A stretch of DNA of 33,306 nucleotides. Origin: Eubacteriales bacterium (GTDB taxonomy: Bacteria; Bacillota; Clostridia; Oscillospirales; CAG-272). The position numbers and the translations under genes were made by a program. This document shows, in pieces, positions 27,722 to 33,306 of this stretch. Below the pieces are notes generated by a model. The model saw only the letters and a list, made by a program, of their open reading frames with translations. It did not search any database and was not told the origin of the DNA. The DNA is taken from the NCBI GenBank assembly GCA_045117555.1, contig JBGUNW010000235.1:1-33306 (forward strand), given 5' to 3'. Positions within the stretch are counted from its first letter, which is position 1. Each line of letters opens with the position of its first letter.

Positions 27722-28360
27722 ATGAAAATTATTTTACTTGGAGCACCCGGAGCGGGAAAAGGAACCCAATCCGCCAACATTTCCGAAAAATACAACATTC
27801 CCGCTATTGCCACGGGTGATATTCTCCGCGCGGCAATCAAGAACGGGACCGAGCTGGGCAAAGCCGCAAAGTCGTATATCGACGCCGGCAAACTGGTTCC
27901 GGACGAAGTTGTAATCGGGATCATCAAAGATTATCTCGGCTCCGATGTCTGCAAAAACGGCTTCATTCTCGACGGTTTCCCGCGTTCGATCCCGCAAGCG
28001 GAAGCGCTGGATGCCATGGGTGTGAAGATCGACGTTGTGCTCTCTATCGAAGTTGCGGATGAAAAGATCATTGAACGCATGAGCGGACGTCGTGTCTGCC
28101 CGTGCGGAGCATCTTACCACGTGCTTTATAAGGCGCCTGCAAAAGAGGGTGTATGCGACAAATGCGGCCAGGCACTTTACGTGCGCGCCGACGACGCCGC
28201 GGAAACCGTCAAGAGCAGACTCCAAACCTTCCATGCACAAACCGAGCCCCTCAAAGCGTTCTACGCCAAGAAAGGCAATTTGGTAACCGTGCAAGGGCAG
28301 GAAGAGGTTGCGGACACAACTCGTCTTGTGTTCGAGGCGCTTCGCCCCTATGAGGCGTAA
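27722..28360 (+). CDS. adk: Adenylate kinase (Zn-lid type)
   Basis: P-loop [16 protein letters not shown]. Lid cysteines CPCG...CDKCG. Confidence 0.97.
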   Translation: MKIILLGAPGAGKGTQSANISEKYNIPAIATGDILRAAIKNGTELGKAAKSYIDAGKLVPDEVVIGIIKDYLGSDVCKNGFILDGFPRSIPQAEALDAMGVKIDVVLSIEVADEKIIERMSGRRVCPCGASYHVLYKAPAKEGVCDKCGQALYVRADDAAETVKSRLQTFHAQTEPLKAFYAKKGNLVTVQGQEEVADTTRLVFEALRPYEA

Positions 28361-28363
28361 GCA

Positions 28364-29125
28364 ATGATCCACTTAAAGAATTCCCAACAGATCACTCTGA
28401 TGAAGGATGCAGGCCGTATCACGGGGGAAGCGCTTTTGCTTGCCCGTGATATGGTCCGCCCCGGAGTCACGACCTATGAGATTGACGAGGCGATTCGCCA
28501 CTATATCGAAAAATGCGGAGCCAAACCCACCTTTTTGGGTTACGGCGGCTTTCCGGCAAGCGCTTGTATCAGCGTGAACGACGAGGTCATCCACGGCATT
28601 CCTTCCAAAAAGAAGGTGCTCAAAGAGGGTGATATCGTCAAGATCGACACCGGCGCTACCTACCGCGGCTATGTAGGCGATTCGGCAAGAACCATTCCGG
28701 TTGGAACGGTGAGCGCCGAAGCGCAAAAACTGATTGAAGTGACAAGACAAAGTTTCTTCAAAGGGGTAGAGCAGGTCAAGGTCGGAAACCGTTTGGGCGA
28801 TATCGGCGCCGCCATTGACGGATACGTTGTGGCAAACGGTTTTTCCACCGTGAAACGCTACGTCGGTCATGGGATCGGTACCGATATGCACGAACCGCCC
28901 GACGTTCCCAATTACGGAACGGCAGGCAGGGGTATCCGGCTTTGCGCCGGTATGACCATTGCAATCGAACCAATGGTGAATGTTGGCAGAGAAGACGTGC
29001 GCGAATTGCCCGACGGTTGGACGGTAAAAACCGCCGACGGGAAACTTTCGGCACACTATGAAAACACCATCGCGCTTACGAGCGAAGGCGTTTTGATTCT
29101 GACGCAAGTGGAACAGGACTTCTGA
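28364..29125 (+). CDS. map: Type I methionine aminopeptidase
   Basis: [27 protein letters not shown] and IAIEP metal-ligand pattern. Confidence 0.95.
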   Translation: MIHLKNSQQITLMKDAGRITGEALLLARDMVRPGVTTYEIDEAIRHYIEKCGAKPTFLGYGGFPASACISVNDEVIHGIPSKKKVLKEGDIVKIDTGATYRGYVGDSARTIPVGTVSAEAQKLIEVTRQSFFKGVEQVKVGNRLGDIGAAIDGYVVANGFSTVKRYVGHGIGTDMHEPPDVPNYGTAGRGIRLCAGMTIAIEPMVNVGREDVRELPDGWTVKTADGKLSAHYENTIALTSEGVLILTQVEQDF

Positions 29126-29130
29126 ATGGA

Positions 29131-29367
29131 ATGGAGGGGATTATTCTGGCACAGAAAGATGACGTGATCGAATTTGAAGGCACGGTGGTTGAGGCGTTGC
29201 CCAACGCCAACTTCAAAGTCAAGCTGCCCAACGGGCATATCGTAACCGCCCATATTTCGGGCAAGCTTCGCATGAACTATATCAGAATTCTGCCGGGGGA
29301 TCGCGTAACGGTTGAGGTTTCGGTTTATGACCTGACCAAAGGGCGCATTACCTGGCGGGCAAAATAA
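29131..29367 (+). CDS. infA: Translation initiation factor IF-1
   Basis: [65 protein letters not shown]. The exact start is uncertain: ATG 29131 has only a weak SD, and a GGAGGGG lies just inside the ORF. Confidence 0.9.
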   Translation: MEGIILAQKDDVIEFEGTVVEALPNANFKVKLPNGHIVTAHISGKLRMNYIRILPGDRVTVEVSVYDLTKGRITWRAK

Positions 29368-29393
29368 CGCGAGAAAGGAATGGTAACGACACA

Positions 29394-29507
29394 ATGAAAG
29401 TGAAACCATCCGTAAAAAAGATCTGCGATAAATGCAAGATCATCAAAAGAAAAGGCAAAATCATGGTGATTTGCGAAAACCCCAAACATAAGCAAAGACA
29501 GGGTTGA
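29394..29507 (+). CDS. rpmJ: 50S ribosomal protein L36 (zinc-ribbon form)
   Basis: Not on the ORF track (37 codons). Hand translation gives [37 protein letters not shown]. Canonical position between infA and rpsM. Confidence 0.93.
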   Translation: MKVKPSVKKICDKCKIIKRKGKIMVICENPKHKQRQG

Positions 29508-29557
29508 GCAAATTGACCGGAAAAGCCGAAAATTCAACAGAAAGGTGAGTTAATAGA

Positions 29558-29926
29558 ATGGCTCGTATTGCTGGTGTTGATATCCCGAACAATAAGCGCG
29601 TTGAAATCGCTCTGACCTATATTTACGGGATCGGACGCAAGAGCGCAAACGATATCCTTGCAAAAACAGGTGTCAATCCCGATACCCGTGCAAAGGATCT
29701 GACCGAGGACGAAGTTGCAAAACTTCGTGATGAGATCGAAAATTCTTACACCGTTGAAGGCGATCTCCGCCGTGATGTTGCAATGAACATTAAGCGCATG
29801 GTGGAAATCAACTGCTACCGCGGAATCCGCCACAGAAAAGGACTTCCCGTGCGCGGGCAGAGAACCAAAACGAATGCAAGAACCCGCAAAGGTCCCGCAA
29901 AGACCATTGCAAACAAGAAGAAGTAA
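29558..29926 (+). CDS. rpsM: 30S ribosomal protein S13
   Basis: [26 protein letters not shown]. Confidence 0.97.
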   Translation: MARIAGVDIPNNKRVEIALTYIYGIGRKSANDILAKTGVNPDTRAKDLTEDEVAKLRDEIENSYTVEGDLRRDVAMNIKRMVEINCYRGIRHRKGLPVRGQRTKTNARTRKGPAKTIANKKK

Positions 29927-29944
29927 AGGAGTGGAATCTGAAAA

Positions 29945-30346
29945 ATGGCAAAAGCAGCAACAACAAAGAAAGTTGTGAAAAAGCGCCGCGAAAGAAAGAA
30001 CATTGAAAAAGGCGCGGTCCATATTCAAACAACTTTCAACAACACGATCGTAACCATTTCCGATGTTGAAGGCAACACCATTTCCTGGGCGTCTGCCGGC
30101 GAACTCGGTTTCAAAGGTTCCAGAAAATCCACTGCGTTTGCTGCGCAGTCCGCGTCCGAAACAGCCGCAAAGGCCGCAATGGAGCATGGCTTGAAATCGG
30201 TGGAAGTATTTGTAAAAGGCCCCGGCCAGGGTCGCGAATCCGCAATTCGCGCGCTGGAAACCGTTGGTCTGCAAATCACCATGATCAAGGATGTCACGCC
30301 CATTCCGCACAACGGTTGCAGACCGCCGAAGCGTAGACGCGTTTAA
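29945..30346 (+). CDS. rpsK: 30S ribosomal protein S11
   Basis: [27 protein letters not shown]. Confidence 0.97.
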   Translation: MAKAATTKKVVKKRRERKNIEKGAVHIQTTFNNTIVTISDVEGNTISWASAGELGFKGSRKSTAFAAQSASETAAKAAMEHGLKSVEVFVKGPGQGRESAIRALETVGLQITMIKDVTPIPHNGCRPPKRRRV

Positions 30347-30368
30347 TTTTAGGTGGAGGTAAAAAAAC

Positions 30369-30995
30369 ATGGCAAGATATACAGGTCCCGTTTGCAGACT
30401 CTGCCGCAGAGAAGGCACAAAACTGTTCCTCAAAGGCGATCGTTGCACAAGCGGCAAATGCGCGCTTGATCGCAGAAGCACCGCTCCCGGACAGCATGGC
30501 GCTGCAAACAAAAAAGTAAGAGAATACGGAATGCAGCTGCGCGAAAAGCAGAAGACCAGACGGTATTACGGCGTTCTGGAAAAGCAGTTCGTAAACTATT
30601 TTGAAGAAGCTGACCGCAAGGAAGGTATGACCGGTGAAAACCTGATCTGCCTTTTGGAAAGAAGACTGGATAACGTGGTTTACAGAATGGGCTTTGCCGC
30701 TTCGCATAAAGAAGCTCGTCAGCTCGTCCTGCACGGACATTTCACCGTCAACGGCAAAAAGGTCAACATTCCTTCGCTTATCGTTAAAGCAGGGGACGTT
30801 GTGGCCGTTAAAGAAACCAGCCGCTCTTCCGAAAAATTCAAAGCGTTGGCCGAGGCCGCCGCTGCGCATGCCGCTCCGAAGTGGCTTGAAGTGAACGCCG
30901 AAGCATTTACCGCAAAAGTCGCGGCTCTTCCCGCAAGAGAAGACGTTGACTTCGATTTCAACGAACAGCTGATCGTCGAACTTTATTCCAAGTAA
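30369..30995 (+). CDS. rpsD: 30S ribosomal protein S4 (Cys4 N-terminal form)
   Basis: [36 protein letters not shown]. Confidence 0.97.
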   Translation: MARYTGPVCRLCRREGTKLFLKGDRCTSGKCALDRRSTAPGQHGAANKKVREYGMQLREKQKTRRYYGVLEKQFVNYFEEADRKEGMTGENLICLLERRLDNVVYRMGFAASHKEARQLVLHGHFTVNGKKVNIPSLIVKAGDVVAVKETSRSSEKFKALAEAAAAHAAPKWLEVNAEAFTAKVAALPAREDVDFDFNEQLIVELYSK

Positions 30996-31085
30996 TCCCT
31001 GCGCCCGCGGTACGGATGCACTTGGAAGCAGTCCGTATCGAAAAACGCAACCTGACCACACATCAATAATAGGAGGATATTTGGA

Positions 31086-32066
31086 ATGAATGAAATAGAG
31101 ATCGAAAAGCCCGTGATTACAACGCAGGATTTGAATGATGACCATACCCATGGCATCTTCGTGCTGGAACCGCTGGAACGCGGCTACGGAATCACCATCG
31201 GCAACTCGATGCGTCGCGTTCTGCTCAGCTCGCTGCCCGGCGTTGCCGTTACCAGCATTAAAATTGACGGTGTTCTGCATGAGTTTTCTACGATTCCCGG
31301 CGTCAAGGAAGACGTTACCGAGATCGTTCTGAACGTAAAGGGCATTACGGCAAAACTGTTTTGCCAGGGTCCCAAAACGGTCGTAATCGACATTACCGGT
31401 GAACGCGACGTTACCGCAGGCGATATCAAAGCCGATTCCGATATTGAAATCCTCAATCCCGACCACCATATTGCAACGGTAGGCGAGGGCGAGCGTTTCT
31501 ACATGGAATTAACGTTTGCAAACGGTCGCGGTTATGTTTCGCAGGAGCGGAACAAACTGGATGCCGGCCTGGCGCTTGGCGGAAGTGCATCCGCGCCGAT
31601 CGGCACTATTTACACCGATTCGATCTTTACCCCGGTTTACAACGTCAAGTACACGGTGGATAACACGCGTGTCGGCAACATTACCGATTACGATAAACTC
31701 ACGCTGGAAGTGCTCACCAACGGAACCATCTCGGCAAGAGACGCGGTTTCGCTCGGAGCCAAGATTCTCAACGAGCATCTCAACCTCTTTGTCAACCTCT
31801 CCGAGGAAACGAAGGGGCAGAAGGTGATGATCGAACGCCAGGAAACCCAAAGAGAACGGGTTCTTGAGATGACCATTGAGGAACTTGACATGTCCGTGCG
31901 TTCCTTCAACTGCTTGAAGCGCGCCGGCATTGACACGGTCGAAGATCTGACCAACCGCACCGAGGAGGATATGATCAAAGTCCGCAACCTCGGCAAAAAA
32001 TCTCTGGAAGAGGTCATTCAAAAGCTCCATTCGTTGGGGTTGGACCTCAAAAGAGAAGAAGAGTAA
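31086..32066 (+). CDS. rpoA: DNA-directed RNA polymerase subunit alpha
   Basis: [14 protein letters not shown] in the N-terminal domain. C-terminal domain [22 protein letters not shown]. Confidence 0.97.
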   Translation: MNEIEIEKPVITTQDLNDDHTHGIFVLEPLERGYGITIGNSMRRVLLSSLPGVAVTSIKIDGVLHEFSTIPGVKEDVTEIVLNVKGITAKLFCQGPKTVVIDITGERDVTAGDIKADSDIEILNPDHHIATVGEGERFYMELTFANGRGYVSQERNKLDAGLALGGSASAPIGTIYTDSIFTPVYNVKYTVDNTRVGNITDYDKLTLEVLTNGTISARDAVSLGAKILNEHLNLFVNLSEETKGQKVMIERQETQRERVLEMTIEELDMSVRSFNCLKRAGIDTVEDLTNRTEEDMIKVRNLGKKSLEEVIQKLHSLGLDLKREEE

Positions 32067-32121
32067 TCTTCCAATCAATCGCTAAAACTGATTTGTATAA
32101 CGCAAAAAGGAGGGACATAAA

Positions 32122-32673
32122 ATGCCCGGAACAAGAAAACTCGGTAGACCGACCGCGCACCGCAAAGCAATGCTCCGCGGAATGGTTACGCTGTTGTTAG
32201 AGAACGGACAGATCGAAACCACGCTTACCAGAGCGAAGGAAGTTCGTTCTATGGCGGAAAAAATGATCACGCTCGGCAAGAAGAATACGCTTGCCAGCCG
32301 CCGCGCCGCACTTGCCTATATCACCAAAGAGGACGTTGTCAGCAAACTGTTCAACGAGATCGCTCCCGGATATGCAAAGCGCAACGGCGGATATACGCAA
32401 ATTTTCAAACTTGGTGCCCGTAGAGGTGACGCTGCCGAAATGGCAATCGTTCGCCTGATCGATCAGGACGCTACCGAGGAGAAGAAAGCCGCTCCCGCTG
32501 CAAAGAAGACTGCCGCAAAGAAACCGGCCGCCAAAAAGACGGCTGCAAAAGCGGAAGCTCCTGCCGAAGCAGCACAGGCCCCTGCGGAAACTGCCGAAAC
32601 CACGGCGGCTCCCAAAAAGAGAACCACCCGCAAAGCCGCTCCCAAGAAGGAAGAAACGCCTGCCGAGGAGTAA
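32122..32673 (+). CDS. rplQ: 50S ribosomal protein L17 with an Ala/Lys/Pro-rich C-terminal extension
   Basis: [35 protein letters not shown] core. About 70 extra residues: [34 protein letters not shown]... Confidence 0.96.
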   Translation: MPGTRKLGRPTAHRKAMLRGMVTLLLENGQIETTLTRAKEVRSMAEKMITLGKKNTLASRRAALAYITKEDVVSKLFNEIAPGYAKRNGGYTQIFKLGARRGDAAEMAIVRLIDQDATEEKKAAPAAKKTAAKKPAAKKTAAKAEAPAEAAQAPAETAETTAAPKKRTTRKAAPKKEETPAEE

Positions 32674-32680
32674 TGCAATA

Positions 32681-32715
32681 AAAAACAGCCGACCGGATCC
32701 GGTCGGCTGTTTTTT
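32681..32715. terminator. Bidirectional intrinsic terminator after rplQ and the yccF-like gene
   Basis: AAAAA-CAGCCGACCGG-AT-CCGGTCGGCTG-TTTTTT. GC-rich palindromic stem flanked by an A-run and a T-run, between convergent genes. Confidence 0.85.
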
Positions 32716-32729
32716 GTTGTGTTTGTTTT

Positions 32730-33101
32730 TTAATTTGCCGGAGCGTCCTCAATGGTAGCGCCAAAGGGGATCAACCCAAGCGTTGCAAGCTTAAAGCACT
32801 GTTTGCCAAAAGGAATGCCGATAATGGTAATGCAGTAGATCACGCCGAGAATAATGTAGCCAAGCGCAAGGCCGAGACCACCAAACAGAATCCAAATAAT
32901 GTTTGCGATCGGGTGTTTGCCAAAATCGGTTTTAACTACTTTTCCAAAGGGCAGAATTACCAGTTTCGCAATTTTGAAGCATTGTTTGCCAAACGGGATG
33001 CCGATAATGGTAATGCACCAGATAATACCGAAGAGGAACCAGCTGATTGCGGAAAGCAGTCCGCCAAACAGGAACCAAATAATGTTGCCGAGAGTTTTCA
33101 T
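32730..33101 (-). CDS. yccF: YccF-domain inner-membrane protein (two tandem YccF repeats)
   Basis: Two copies of the GNIIW(F/I)LFGG...IIGIPFGKQCFK(I/L)A...(P)FG pattern. AGGAGG SD. Confidence 0.8.
   Translation of the reverse strand: MKTLGNIIWFLFGGLLSAISWFLFGIIWCITIIGIPFGKQCFKIAKLVILPFGKVVKTDFGKHPIANIIWILFGGLGLALGYIILGVIYCITIIGIPFGKQCFKLATLGLIPFGATIEDAPAN
32761..33096 (-). repeat. Intragenic tandem duplication (two ~183-nt units) in the yccF-like gene
   Basis: The units start at 32761 and 32944, an offset of 183 nt or 61 codons. The cores at 32796-32834 and 32979-33017 match at 36 of 39 positions by my count. Confidence 0.7.
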
Positions 33102-33130
33102 AAAAGCGAACCTCCTTTTAAGGTGTTTTC

Positions 33131-33159
33131 ATTATAACATTCTCAAAAGGTTTTGTCAA
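33131..33159 (-). promoter_or_regulatory. Sigma-A promoter of the yccF-like gene
   Basis: Minus strand TTGACA (33159-33154), a 17-nt spacer, then TATAAT (33136-33131). Confidence 0.65.
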
Positions 33160-33174
33160 TCCTTTCCAAAAATA

Positions 33175-33203
33175 TTGTTTTTTTATGTAGAATGTGGTAA
33201 AAT
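33175..33203 (+). promoter_or_regulatory. Possible extended -10 promoter for the downstream NUDIX-like gene
   Basis: TTGTTT (33175-33180), a 17-nt spacer ending in TGG, then TAAAAT (33198-33203). Confidence 0.3.
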
Positions 33204-33236
33204 AGAATCAACCGATCAAAACAAAGGGGAACCCGA

Positions 33237-33306
33237 ATGGTAGAAGTTGTTGCGGCGTTGCTTTTGCGTGAGAAAAACGAACAAACCGAACTGTTAGTCT
33301 GTCGGC
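33237..33306 (+). CDS. Partial CDS (5' end), possibly a NUDIX/MutT-like hydrolase
   Basis: MVEVVAALLLREKNEQTELLVCR resembles the N-terminal beta-strand of MutT-type NUDIX proteins. GGGGAA SD. Only 23 codons lie in the window. Confidence 0.3.
   Translation, partial: MVEVVAALLLREKNEQTELLVCR

Noticed and set aside
18822-31469. Very long antisense ORFs opposite the ribosomal cluster (18822-19715, 20203-21093, 22871-23734, 26616-27659, 29534-30511, 30294-31469; 287-391 aa).
   Set aside because: Each lies fully antisense to unmistakable, highly conserved genes (rplB, rpsC, rplE-rpsZ, secY, rpsM-rpsK-rpsD, rpoA). They run through intergenic SD sites and have low-complexity Arg/Ala/Gly/Val-rich translations with no recognisable domains or SDs. 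Stop-free antisense frames are a common by-product of strong codon bias.
1-33306. Searched for tRNA or rRNA genes, CRISPR arrays, IS elements or transposases, integrases, toxin-antitoxin pairs, and known defence-system signatures.
   Set aside because: No T-loop-type motifs (GGTTCGAATCC-like), no regularly spaced direct repeats, no terminal inverted repeats flanking a transposase-like ORF, and no nuclease, helicase or methylase-type ORFs were seen. All long ORFs are accounted for by glycan-synthesis, ribosomal or housekeeping functions.

Overview
Chromosomal window from a Bacillota (Clostridia-like) genome, judged from AGGAGG Shine-Dalgarno sites, type-Z S14 and the secY-adk-map-infA-rpmJ order. 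It has three blocks. (1) 1-13.3 kb, + strand: the distal part of a Wzx/Wzy-type surface-glycan locus. It encodes an HpcH-type aldolase, an Ldh_2 oxidoreductase, six predicted glycosyltransferases, a Wzy-like polymerase, a LicD phosphotransferase, a Wzx flippase and a membrane O-acyltransferase, and it ends at a perfect 18-bp bidirectional terminator. (2) 13.3-16.0 kb, - strand: an orphan rplJ-rplL operon with a consensus promoter and an L10-leader-type attenuator. Upstream of it on the same strand is a translationally coupled pair: a polytopic membrane protein and a small YafY-like HTH regulator. (3) 16.3-32.7 kb, + strand: a complete S10-spc-alpha ribosomal supercluster of 31 genes (rpsJ to rplQ, including secY, adk, map, infA, rpoA, and rpmJ, which is missing from the ORF track). 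It is driven by a perfect TTGACA-17-TATAAT promoter followed by a ~350-nt untranslated leader that I cannot assign to a known RNA family. After a bidirectional terminator come a tandem-YccF membrane protein (-) and the first codons of a NUDIX-like gene (+). I found no rRNA, tRNA, CRISPR, transposase, integrase or recognisable defence genes. I do not see a convincing new multi-gene system. The best leads are the long structured rpsJ leader, the aldolase/Ldh_2 pair in the glycan locus, the membrane-protein/HTH pair wedged between two ribosomal operons, broken ribosomal-gene synteny, and several low-complexity extensions or insertions in ribosomal proteins (S3, L17, L4). Many ORF-track starts use far-upstream TTG/GTG codons; I moved them to SD-supported starts.
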